From positions 3,520,001-3,584,000 of the forward strand of contig OZ242320.1 in the NCBI GenBank assembly GCA_965208125.1: a stretch of 64,000 nt of DNA, in the 5' to 3' direction. Numbering within the stretch: position 1 is the stretch's first letter; the number at the start of each line of letters is the position of its first letter. The translations under genes and the position numbers were made by a program. The DNA is from Candidatus Latescibacterota bacterium (lineage in GTDB: Bacteria; Latescibacterota; UBA2968). Below, piece by piece: positions 31,279 through 41,430 of this stretch. Below the pieces are notes generated by a model. It saw nothing but the letters and a program-made list of their open reading frames with translations. It searched no databases and was not told the DNA's origin.

Positions 31279-32820
31279 ATGAAAACCGAAATTATTATCA
31301 ATGTCGCTTCACACGAGTCGAGAATTGCCATTCTCGAAGATGGCCGGCTCGCGGAGATTCTCGTTGAACGCGCTGAAAAAGAACGCATGGTTGGCGATAT
31401 TTACCAGGGGGTTGTAACCGCTGTTCTGCCTGGCTTGCAGGCAGGTTTTGTCGATATTGGGCAGGAAAAAGCGGCTTTTTTGCACGTTTCTGATATGCCT
31501 GGCTCGCCCGGCTCAATGGTCGAACTCGACTCGGAAATCCTCGAAGACATTCGAGATCAGACCAATGGACAGGGTAAATTCAATATTGATGAGCTTTTGC
31601 ACAAAGGCCAGGAGATCATTGTGCAGATTACAAAAGAGTCCATCAACACAAAAGGACCGCGCATTTCCGCTGTGCCATCGCTCGCTGGTCGGTTTATGGT
31701 GCTTGTGCCCGATGGCGATAAAGTAGGTGTGTCGCGCAAAATTACCAATTGGCGCGAAAAGCGGCGCCTTCGGGATATCGCGGGCAGCCTAAAACCCGAG
31801 GGTTTTGGCCTTATCGTGCGTACCGAAGCTCGTGGCAAGGGCGAGCGGGAACTCAGGCGCGATCTAAAGCAGCTTTTGACAACGTGGAGGAGAATTCAGA
31901 AACAAGGGATGAAAAATAGCGGTCCCAAATTGCTGCACAAAGAAGTGGGCATGACATCTGGCCTTATCCGCGATTTGTTTACGGAGGATGTTCATCGTCT
32001 CGTCGTCGATTCGAAACGCGAATACAAGGAAATTCAGGCATATCTCAAAGGGGTTTCGCCAGAGTTGCGCCGAACCGTCGAATACTATGGCGATACGCGA
32101 CCGATTTTCGATGCTTTTGGCATTGAAGCTGAGATTGAAAAACTCACCGAACGAAGAGTCTGGTTCAAAGGCGGTGGTTATCTGGTTATTGATCCGACAG
32201 AGGCGCTGGTTGCCATCGATGTCAACAGCGGACGCAGCGTGGGTAAAGGGCGCGCCAAGCAGGATGAGACTGTGCTGAAGACCAATTTGGAGGCTGCCCG
32301 GGAAGTTGCCCGGCAACTCCGTTTGCGCGATATGGGCGGGCTGGTGGTTGTCGATTTTATCGATATGGACCATGCGCGAGATCGCAAGCGCGTTGAAGAA
32401 GAAATGCGTCAGGCTATTCGCCGCGACCGGTCCAGGATCCGGTATTCACGGATTACGGAGTTTGGTCTGATGGAGATGACCCGCCAGCGGGTTCGTCCCA
32501 GTTTGATGTCCACTTATTCTGCGCCCTGCCCGCAATGCCAGGGTACGGGATATATTCCAAGCCAGGAAACCGTGCTGTCGCGCATCGAACGCTGGCTCAA
32601 ACGCTCTCGCGCAGCCGCGCTCGAACGACGGCTCACTGTGCAGGTTCACCCTACACTCGGATTTTATTTGCTCGAAAATCGCAGGGAGCGCCTCAAAGCT
32701 ATTCGCAAATCCACCCGGGTTTGGCTCGATGTGGAGTCGGCTCCAGATTTGAGTGAGGAAGATTATCGCATTTTTTCCAGAAAGCGGAAGGTTGATGTGA
32801 CAAATGAAGTTCAAACTTGA
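31279..32820 (+). CDS. rng: Rne/Rng family ribonuclease
   Basis: S1 domain (GDIYQG...FVDIG), AIDVNSG, TNLEAA, LRLRDMGGLVVVDFID, CPQCQG. Confidence 0.9.
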   Translation: MKTEIIINVASHESRIAILEDGRLAEILVERAEKERMVGDIYQGVVTAVLPGLQAGFVDIGQEKAAFLHVSDMPGSPGSMVELDSEILEDIRDQTNGQGKFNIDELLHKGQEIIVQITKESINTKGPRISAVPSLAGRFMVLVPDGDKVGVSRKITNWREKRRLRDIAGSLKPEGFGLIVRTEARGKGERELRRDLKQLLTTWRRIQKQGMKNSGPKLLHKEVGMTSGLIRDLFTEDVHRLVVDSKREYKEIQAYLKGVSPELRRTVEYYGDTRPIFDAFGIEAEIEKLTERRVWFKGGGYLVIDPTEALVAIDVNSGRSVGKGRAKQDETVLKTNLEAAREVARQLRLRDMGGLVVVDFIDMDHARDRKRVEEEMRQAIRRDRSRIRYSRITEFGLMEMTRQRVRPSLMSTYSAPCPQCQGTGYIPSQETVLSRIERWLKRSRAAALERRLTVQVHPTLGFYLLENRRERLKAIRKSTRVWLDVESAPDLSEEDYRIFSRKRKVDVTNEVQT

Positions 32821-32845
32821 CATAAAGTGCGACTTCGGATAAATT
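32817..32845 (+). promoter_or_regulatory. Sigma70 promoter of rplU-rpmA
   Basis: TTGACA-17 bp-TAAATT, followed by a leader hairpin at 32861-32885. Confidence 0.7.
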
Positions 32846-32905
32846 TAGCCCTCTTTGGATTTCCCGATCCTCGCCGGGTCGGGAAGTTTGTTTGTAAATA
32901 AAAAG

Positions 32906-32937
32906 TGGGGGCTGGGGACTGGAGGCTGGGGACTGGA
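32906..32937 (+). repeat. Heptamer tandem repeat (TGG(G/A)G(G/A)C)x4
   Basis: tgggggc tggggac tggaggc tggggac tgga in the rplU leader. Confidence 0.75.
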
Positions 32938-32959
32938 ACAGTTTCTGGAGGTTTTGAGT

Positions 32960-33277
32960 ATGTATGCAGTGGTCGATATCGCCGGTAGCCAATACAAGGT
33001 GCAAGAGGGCGATCATATCCGCGTGGCTCGGCTCGACGCCGAGGAGGGGGATTCACTTACTTTTCCCCAGGTGTTGCTCGTAGGTGACAGCGATGAAATT
33101 AAAGTGGGGACGCCTCAGGTTGAAGGGGCTGCCGTCGAAGTGAGTGTTAAAGGACACGGTCTCGCAGACAAAATTACGGTTTTTAAGATGAAGCGCCGCA
33201 AGAATTATCGGCGCAAGAGAGGGCATCGGCAATCTTATACCGATCTTCAGGTTGAAAAAATTGTAGCGGAAAGCTAA
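32960..33277 (+). CDS. rplU: 50S ribosomal protein L21
   Basis: [28 protein letters not shown]. Confidence 0.97.
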   Translation: MYAVVDIAGSQYKVQEGDHIRVARLDAEEGDSLTFPQVLLVGDSDEIKVGTPQVEGAAVEVSVKGHGLADKITVFKMKRRKNYRRKRGHRQSYTDLQVEKIVAES

Positions 33278-33294
33278 AATCAAGGAGGCTTTTC

Positions 33295-33546
33295 ATGGCA
33301 CATAAAAAAGGTGTTGGCAGTTCGAGAAATGGCAGAGATAGCGCGGGAAGACGTCTGGGTGTGAAATCCCCTGGCGGCCAGGTTGTCTCTGCAGGGACGA
33401 TTATTATGCGCCAGCGCGGCACAAAAATCCACCCGGGCAATAATGTTCGCAAGGGTAAAGACGATACGTTGTTTTCGCTCATCGATGGCCGCGTCAAGTT
33501 TGAGCATCTCGGTAAGAAGCGCAAGAAGGTGAGTGTTTATGCGTAG
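33295..33546 (+). CDS. rpmA: 50S ribosomal protein L27
   Basis: [26 protein letters not shown]. Confidence 0.98.
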   Translation: MAHKKGVGSSRNGRDSAGRRLGVKSPGGQVVSAGTIIMRQRGTKIHPGNNVRKGKDDTLFSLIDGRVKFEHLGKKRKKVSVYA

Positions 33547-33593
33547 ATGCGGGTTTAAAACCCGCACCCACAGGTTTCAAATCCGTCCCAATC

Positions 33594-34552
<959 letters not shown>

Positions 34553-34625
34553 GAGTTGGCAAAAAACAAAGTACACGACAAAAGAGTAAAACAGCGGGAT
34601 GATCCACTAAGGACACAAAGAACAC

Positions 34626-34695
34626 GGAACGGGGTACAACTGCGACGCTTCACCAGCAGTTCACGGATTGTAGGGGCGATCCCTTGTGGTCGCCC
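34626..34695 (+). repeat. Composite intergenic repeat with GTAG REP-like hairpin (copy 1)
   Basis: GGAACGGGGTACAACTGC...GCAGTTCA then GTAGGGGCGATCCCTTGTGGTCGCCC; similar copy at 60180-60247. Confidence 0.65.
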
Positions 34696-34767
34696 GCATT
34701 TCCGTAATTTACGACAGGAAAACCATTGCTTTTGTAGTATAGTGTAAAAAAAGAGAAACGGTTCCAC

Positions 34768-34817
34768 AATCAGCCCGTTCAATCTCCCCAATAGAAGGGT
34801 AGTTGGACGGGCTGATT
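34768..34817. repeat. Inverted repeat at the left edge of the R-M locus
   Basis: AATCAGCCCGTTCAA...TTGGACGGGCTGATT; arms resemble the hairpins at 50279 and 52406. Confidence 0.7.
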
Positions 34818-34849
34818 ATCTTATGTGCAAAAAATGAGAGGACGATCAA

Positions 34850-36985
34850 ATGCAAGATAGCCAGGTCAATCGCATTCCCAACTTTATCTGGGGCATTGCC
34901 GACGATGTGTTGCGCGATCTGTACGTGCGGGGCAAGTACCGCGATATTATTCTGCCGATGACGGTGATTCGGCGGCTGGATGCGGCGCTCGAGCCGACCA
35001 AGCAGACGGTTCTCGCTATGCAAACCAGACTGGATGAGGATGGCGTGATTGAGCAGGAAGCCGCTCTGAAGCAGGCTGCCGGGCACGCTTTTTACAACGC
35101 ATCTCCATTTACTTTGCGCGATCTTCGCGCCCGCGCCAACCGGCAGCAACTTCGCGCTGACTTTGAGGCGTATCTGGATGGGTTTTCGTCCAATGTGCAG
35201 GATATTTTGAAGAATTTCGAGTTTCGCAACCAGATTCCGCGGTTGTCCGATGCCGATGCTCTCGGCGCGCTGATTGAGAAATTTCTGTCGCCGGATATCA
35301 ATCTGAGTCCCTATCCGGTGGAGAATGGCGATGGCTCTGTGCGGTTTTCCGGTCTGGACAACCACGCGATGGGTACGATTTTTGAGGAACTGGTGCGGCG
35401 GTTTAATGAGGAGAATAACGAGGAGGCTGGCGAACACTGGACGCCGCGTGATGCGGTCAAGCTGATGGCAAATCTCATTTTTCTCCCGGTGGCTGACGAG
35501 ATTGAGTCGAGTACCTATTTGCTATACGATGGTGCTTGCGGCACGGGTGGCATGTTGACTGTCGCAGAGGAAACGCTTCGAGATCTCGCCCAGGAGCGGG
35601 GCAAACAGGTTTCCACGCATCTTTATGGACAGGAGATCAATGCCGAGACCTATGCTATTTGCAAGGCGGACTTGTTGCTGAAGGGCGAGGGCAGCGCGGC
35701 GGATAATATTGTTGGGGGACCGGAGTATTCGACGCTTTCCAACGATGCTTTCCCTTCCCACAAGTTTGATTTTATGCTCAGCAATCCGCCTTATGGCAAG
35801 AGTTGGAAGAATGATCTGGCGCGTATGGGGGGCAAGAGCGGCTTATCTGATCCGCGATTTCTTATCGCTCATGACGGCGATGCGGAGTATTCCCTGCTCA
35901 CCCGCTCCAGCGATGGGCAGATGCTGTTTCTCGCCAATCTGCTTTCCAAGATGAAGCGCGATACCGCGCTGGGCAGCCGTATTGCCGAGGTTCACAATGG
36001 GAGTTCTCTGTTCACGGGTGACGCCGGGCAGGGTGAGAGCAATATCCGCCGCTGGATTATCGAGAACGACTATCTGGAGGCGATTGTCGCGTTGCCGCTC
36101 AATATGTTCTACAATACCGGTATTGCCACGTACATCTGGGTGCTGACCAATCGCAAGCCCGCGCATCGGCAGGGCAAGGTGCAACTTATCGATGCGACCG
36201 AGTGGTACAGTCCTCTGCGTAAGAATCTGGGCGCCAAGAACTGCGAGTTGTCCAATGACGACATCCGCCGTATCTGCGACGCTTTTCTGGCGTTTGAGGA
36301 GACTGAGCAGTCGAAGATTTTTCCCAATAAGGCATTTGGCTACTATAAGGTGACGGTTGAACGACCACTGCGGCTCGCTGTGGATTTGTCGCCGGAGCAA
36401 CGGGCGCGATTTCGGGATGCTTGCCGTGAAGCAGATGAAGAGCCGCTCGCCGATGTGGTTGATCTGGTGGCGGAGAACATTGGCAATGGTCCTCATCTCG
36501 ACTTTAACAGTTTCATGGATGTGGTCGCCGCAGAGGCGTCTGAGCAGGGCGTCAAGCTGATTGCCAAACGGAAAAAGCTGTTGCAAACGTCGCTGGCATT
36601 TCGGGATGAAGCCGCCGAGCCGGTGATTAAGAGAGTTCACAAATTGGGCAATAGGGAGCCAGATCCGATTCGCGGTCTGGTAGAGGCGCCTGTGAATGAT
36701 CAGTGTGTCGTCGTTGAATATGAGCCAGACAGCGAGTTGCGCGATACCGAACAGGTGCCTCTGCTCGATGAGGGCGGTATTGAGGGCTTCTTGCACCGTG
36801 AAGTGTTGCCATACTCTCCGGATGCCTGGTACGTCTCGACAAGTGTTAAAATCGGCTATGAGATCAGCTTTACTCGCCACTTCTACAAGCCACAACCCAT
36901 GCGGTCACGAGAAGAAATCCGCGCTGATATAATGGCGTTGGAGCAAGAGAGTGAAGGGGTGTTGACGGAGATTATTGGGGAGTAA
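34850..36985 (+). CDS. hsdM: Type I R-M methyltransferase subunit (m6A)
   Basis: IWGIADDVLRD, GEHWTPRD, YDGACGTGGML, NPPY, FYNTGIATY. Confidence 0.95.
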   Translation: MQDSQVNRIPNFIWGIADDVLRDLYVRGKYRDIILPMTVIRRLDAALEPTKQTVLAMQTRLDEDGVIEQEAALKQAAGHAFYNASPFTLRDLRARANRQQLRADFEAYLDGFSSNVQDILKNFEFRNQIPRLSDADALGALIEKFLSPDINLSPYPVENGDGSVRFSGLDNHAMGTIFEELVRRFNEENNEEAGEHWTPRDAVKLMANLIFLPVADEIESSTYLLYDGACGTGGMLTVAEETLRDLAQERGKQVSTHLYGQEINAETYAICKADLLLKGEGSAADNIVGGPEYSTLSNDAFPSHKFDFMLSNPPYGKSWKNDLARMGGKSGLSDPRFLIAHDGDAEYSLLTRSSDGQMLFLANLLSKMKRDTALGSRIAEVHNGSSLFTGDAGQGESNIRRWIIENDYLEAIVALPLNMFYNTGIATYIWVLTNRKPAHRQGKVQLIDATEWYSPLRKNLGAKNCELSNDDIRRICDAFLAFEETEQSKIFPNKAFGYYKVTVERPLRLAVDLSPEQRARFRDACREADEEPLADVVDLVAENIGNGPHLDFNSFMDVVAAEASEQGVKLIAKRKKLLQTSLAFRDEAAEPVIKRVHKLGNREPDPIRGLVEAPVNDQCVVVEYEPDSELRDTEQVPLLDEGGIEGFLHREVLPYSPDAWYVSTSVKIGYEISFTRHFYKPQPMRSREEIRADIMALEQESEGVLTEIIGE

Positions 36986-36999
36986 ATATCATACCAACC

Positions 37000-37028
37000 T
37001 TGAAGAGCTAAATAAAGTTGGCTATACT
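37000..37028 (+). promoter_or_regulatory. Sigma70 promoter (copy 1 of a duplicated promoter)
   Basis: TTGAAG-17 bp-TATACT; ATAAAGTTGGCTATACTAAAT shared with the copy at 50327. Confidence 0.7.
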
Positions 37029-37150
37029 AAATATGCCAATTAATGACAATTGATACTTGTCACGCCTGCATGCCTGAAGCAAGCGTCCAAGAGGGGTGGT
37101 GTTTTGACGGAGAAACGCGCTACCCAAATCCGACTGAGGGTGAGAGGGCA

Positions 37151-37498
37151 ATGAAATCATTAGATGACCATATTGAGATTACCCCCGGTATATGCAGCGG
37201 CAAGCCTCGTATTGCTGGCCGTCGTATTACCGTGGCGCACATCGCCATCTGGCATGAACGCATGGGCAAATGTGCAGATGAAATCGCCACAGAATACGAT
37301 TTGACACTGGCCGATGTGTATGCAGCATTGGCCTACTATTTTGATCACCGAGAGGAAATTGACCAATCGATTCAAGAGGGTGAAGAATTTGCGGAGGCTT
37401 TACGCCAGAAGACACCGTCTCGCCTGGGTTTTATGGCAGGGCAGATTAAAGTCCCAGACGACTTTGATAGCATGGGCAGCATTGAGGAAGATAACTAA
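37151..37498 (+). CDS. DUF433 antitoxin-like protein with a Phd/VapB-like C-terminal tail
   Basis: IEITPGICSGKPRIAGRRITV...LADVYAALAYYFDH (DUF433); tail RLGFMAGQIKVPDDFD. Confidence 0.8.
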   Translation: MKSLDDHIEITPGICSGKPRIAGRRITVAHIAIWHERMGKCADEIATEYDLTLADVYAALAYYFDHREEIDQSIQEGEEFAEALRQKTPSRLGFMAGQIKVPDDFDSMGSIEEDN

Positions 37499-37500
37499 AC

Positions 37501-40500
37501 ATGGCTGATAATGACAAAACTGTTCTCGATGGATGGAAGAAAACACGATCTGGAGCACGGGCTGGTCGGGGTTTTGATTATCAACATCGATTTTCAACTC
37601 TTATCCTTGTTCAGCAATGGGCCGGACTGTTACCTACGGGCAATCTTGTCCCAGAGGGGCTTGAAGATTGTGTTGTAGAGTTGGCCGATCGTGACATTTG
37701 GATCCAAATCAAATCGAGAGAGCAGGGCACATTCAGCAAAGGCGAAGTAAAAAAAATTTTTGAGCAAGCCCGACGGAAAGCCAGCCTTGTCAACAATCAA
37801 AAGCCTACACTATTGGTTGCTGGTCTTGAGCGACCTTGTCCTACTGTTACCGGATACGAGATGGATGGTCTCTTTGATGGCAAAACCGAGAAGGTTGTTG
37901 TTTGCACTACACCGGAAGAGGAAATAGTTAATTTACTGTCTCAACATCTAAATATAGCGGAGATTATCGCCGAAGGACTGATGAACGACCTGTATAAACT
38001 CGTTGCTGAGAGTTCGGCGGCCAATGCCTCGCTTCCCTTTGAGAGAAGGCGGCGTATATCTACGACGGAGGTTGAATGCCGCATCCTTGAACGGCTTGAG
38101 GCTGAAGATCCTTCCGCAATCAATCGTGCTTTCGATATAAGGGCTCTGGAGCCTGTTGACTTCGTTACTCCTGTCTCTGAGCCTGGTTTTTATCAGGGCG
38201 TTAAAGTTAAACCTGGACACATCGCTTCCGGGTTAGTTATAGAGCGTCCAGGGGAAATACAAGACGTTGCCCAGGCATTTAAGAAACGCCGGCATCTTCT
38301 TGTCACCGGCCCCTCAGGGTCAGGAAAATCTGCTCTCATTTGGCTGGTCGCTCATTCGTTGACTACTGAGTTCCGCTGGTATCAGATTTCTGCCCAAGCG
38401 AACGCGCAAGATGCTGATGCAATTATTCGTTTCGTGAGGTCACGCCGCCCTAAGAAAGTCTCTCCGATTGGATTGATATTTGATGATGTTGGAGAATCCA
38501 GCAGCAATCTGTGGGATATTCTTACGAACCAACTCAGAAGTCTGTCAGATGTTTATATATTGGGATCAGTGCGTAATGAGGATATAGCTCTGATTACTAA
38601 TCAATCTGATACCGAATTTTTTGAGATCAGACTTGATAGTGAACTTGCACAGAGTATGTGGAAAAAACTGAACAGACAAAGCCAGACGAACTGGACTTAC
38701 TGGCGTGAACCGTTTGAACAATCCGATGGGCTGATGCTCGAATACGTACACCTCCTGACGCAGGGTAAGCGACTTGCCGCCGTGATCGGTGAACAGATTC
38801 GTCAAAGGGAACGAGAAAAACGATATGACGAACTCGCCATAATTAGAAGCACGGCTGTTCTATGTGCTTTCGGTGGCGAAGTTGAGGCTAAAAGGCTCTT
38901 CGAATTACTACAATTGCCACCAGACAGTGCAGCGCAGGCATTAAAGAGATTAATTGACGAACATCTTGTACGCGAAAGCCGTCCAGGTGTGCTCGGCGGT
39001 CTTCATGCTTTACGCTCGAAAGCACTTTGTGATGCTTCCCATGATGATGTTTCTTATCTACGCAGCGACTCGTTATGGCAGTCACTGGCGGCCTCAACAA
39101 ATGAGACATTGCCAAGAATTATTCAGTCAGTTCTCAATGAGACACAGAATGGAGCTGAATCTGTGACGATTCAGAATCTGGCGAAGGCACTTGCAGCAAG
39201 CGATGACATTGAGGTATGGGCTGCTATTCTTACCGGATTGGGTATAGGTACAATGGAACAATCTGTCGCTTCATTCATGGAAATGCTTGAAAAGCATGGA
39301 GTCCAACGCACCCATTGGTTTTTGGCCTCAATGTTCGCGGATGCCAGCATCGATGTCCCTGAATTATCAGGATTTGAAAACTTAAAGCCTATGCGAAACG
39401 CCGTGATAGCCTTCCGCGCGTTACCGAAACGCGATCTTCGGGCCGAATGTTTACAGATGTTGCCTCAGGGGACACAAGCTCCGGTATGTACAGATATTCG
39501 GCAACTTAACCTATTGCTCTCCTCTCTGGTACCGATACCTGGAGGAGACCACAGCCGGATTCCATTCAAGACGGATTTCTCTGGTTATGGTGAGCAGAAT
39601 ATTCATGATGTAGCCGCTCTCTTATCGACTGCTTACTTGATCGGGCCCGACGTGGCCAAAGATCTCGTGGACGCCTTTGGTGGGGAGCAGACCTTGTTTA
39701 CCTGGTTTCATTCCCAGATTCCTTGGGTAACTGTACCTAAAATTGAACCACAGGGAACTCATGGACGCACCGTCCGTGCTAACAGGTTTTTTGTAGCCGA
39801 GTCACATCAGACTGACGCTCATAAAACTCTCTGTGATATTTGTGAGACATTGATTGCTATATCGCCAATGTCGGATGCAGCTGCATCCGATGCCATAGGT
39901 CTGTCAGGACAGTCTATAGAAATAAACGGACTTAGCGATTGGTCAAAAAATATACCCAGAGAGAACCTTCCTTCAAAGGCTCGGGTGGCTTGGAACGTTG
40001 CCTTTCGCCAAATTTTGCTCGCACGAGCAGCTGAGCATAGTCTAACGGATTACACGCACGAGATGGCTGATCAGGTGAGACACACAGAAAAAATTTTTCG
40101 TTTGTTTTCGGAGCAATGGATCAAAGGATGGAGGATATCGAATAAGGACAGGCTTGTTTCGGAGATCAATGAGATTATGGATCATGTCGATGACTTGATC
40201 TATGCTAAGCCAAAAACATTAGCTTCCTCAATGACAAGTACCACCGGTGATACAGAAGAGGATGATAAGCTCGGTGCATTATTGGCTGGCGTACTTAGTA
40301 ATCTTGTTCCACGAATGTGTAAAATACCACCTGAGCCCAACGCGAAAGCGGCCGCGGCATTCACCAGCGGCCTCGCTGCACAGGCACGAGAGCAGGGAAG
40401 ATCCGAAATTTGGCGCACAACGCCATCACCGCCGTTAGATGAGTTAGCCACATTCTCAGAGCGTCTTGATGGTGTTGCTTGCATCTTGCACGAAATAGCA

Positions 40501-41343
40501 CACGACGATACAGCCAGAGCAATCAAAAATCTCCGTAAGGCAGCCAGGAAAGGGAGAATGGGAAAAGCTATTCATTCCGCGGCTGGTCGTTGTCGCTTGT
40601 TGGCTAAACAACGCTTCCATCGGAGGCTGCGTGCTTTAGAAAACGCGCTTAAAGCACAGGGTTTGACTGCCAGATGCAGAACTCGTCCTGTCAATGACGC
40701 CGATAGTATTGATTGGCCTGCCGTAGAAGTTGCCATTCTTATCAAGATCACAGATTCTGCAACTGATTGGGATTATCTCGAATACGGTCTTGCGATTGGA
40801 AAAAAGCAACTTGCACAAGATTGGCGATTCTGCGTTGTGCCTGTCATAAATAATCAAGTCATTGCAGACTTAGCATTCATTTCTTCATCACAAGGGCCAT
40901 TACCTGATGTGGAATTCGCACACAAATGGGAAGCTCATATTGACTTGCCGTTCCTCTCTCCTGAAATTTCAAATGCATTTGATGCAGCCGTAGAAGCCTG
41001 TAAGCAGATCTCAGCAATTATTAGCCATCGTGATCTGAAAACACTCCATCCTATGGAAGAAGAAGCTTTCTTGAAGGCCATAGACGACTTCGAGTGCTAC
41101 CGGAAGACTGTTGATGCTTTTCAACAAAAGACAGGACTGGAGCTATTTGATGGGGCACTGGCGTATCTCGACGAAATATGGAATCAGATTGTTAGCGAAA
41201 TTGAGTCCCTGAAAACAGGTCAGATGGTTGATAACCCATTGTGCCACATCATGGCGGATATGGAAAACGAAAAGGTTATTGAACTGGGTGTTGCGAAGAT
41301 ACTCTTGCGACAAGCTGAATGCTGCACTGTCGCCGCAGAGTGA
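37501..41343 (+). CDS. Putative antiphage nuclease-STAND ATPase (Cap4/DUF4297-like N-terminus + P-loop NTPase + long unknown C-terminus)
   Basis: GARAGRGFDYQ...EGLED...IQIKS; Walker A GPSGSGKS; Walker B LIFDD; LGSVR sensor; 1280 aa; visibly lower GC than flanking genes. Confidence 0.65.
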   Translation: MADNDKTVLDGWKKTRSGARAGRGFDYQHRFSTLILVQQWAGLLPTGNLVPEGLEDCVVELADRDIWIQIKSREQGTFSKGEVKKIFEQARRKASLVNNQKPTLLVAGLERPCPTVTGYEMDGLFDGKTEKVVVCTTPEEEIVNLLSQHLNIAEIIAEGLMNDLYKLVAESSAANASLPFERRRRISTTEVECRILERLEAEDPSAINRAFDIRALEPVDFVTPVSEPGFYQGVKVKPGHIASGLVIERPGEIQDVAQAFKKRRHLLVTGPSGSGKSALIWLVAHSLTTEFRWYQISAQANAQDADAIIRFVRSRRPKKVSPIGLIFDDVGESSSNLWDILTNQLRSLSDVYILGSVRNEDIALITNQSDTEFFEIRLDSELAQSMWKKLNRQSQTNWTYWREPFEQSDGLMLEYVHLLTQGKRLAAVIGEQIRQREREKRYDELAIIRSTAVLCAFGGEVEAKRLFELLQLPPDSAAQALKRLIDEHLVRESRPGVLGGLHALRSKALCDASHDDVSYLRSDSLWQSLAASTNETLPRIIQSVLNETQNGAESVTIQNLAKALAASDDIEVWAAILTGLGIGTMEQSVASFMEMLEKHGVQRTHWFLASMFADASIDVPELSGFENLKPMRNAVIAFRALPKRDLRAECLQMLPQGTQAPVCTDIRQLNLLLSSLVPIPGGDHSRIPFKTDFSGYGEQNIHDVAALLSTAYLIGPDVAKDLVDAFGGEQTLFTWFHSQIPWVTVPKIEPQGTHGRTVRANRFFVAESHQTDAHKTLCDICETLIAISPMSDAAASDAIGLSGQSIEINGLSDWSKNIPRENLPSKARVAWNVAFRQILLARAAEHSLTDYTHEMADQVRHTEKIFRLFSEQWIKGWRISNKDRLVSEINEIMDHVDDLIYAKPKTLASSMTSTTGDTEEDDKLGALLAGVLSNLVPRMCKIPPEPNAKAAAAFTSGLAAQAREQGRSEIWRTTPSPPLDELATFSERLDGVACILHEIAHDDTARAIKNLRKAARKGRMGKAIHSAAGRCRLLAKQRFHRRLRALENALKAQGLTARCRTRPVNDADSIDWPAVEVAILIKITDSATDWDYLEYGLAIGKKQLAQDWRFCVVPVINNQVIADLAFISSSQGPLPDVEFAHKWEAHIDLPFLSPEISNAFDAAVEACKQISAIISHRDLKTLHPMEEEAFLKAIDDFECYRKTVDAFQQKTGLELFDGALAYLDEIWNQIVSEIESLKTGQMVDNPLCHIMADMENEKVIELGVAKILLRQAECCTVAAE

Positions 41344-41430
41344 GTCTTACATGAGGAATAGTTCTTGTCTCATGTGGGCAGGTAAAGCAAGACTGGATGA
41401 TTGTATATTAACTTGGTTGGGAGAATCATA

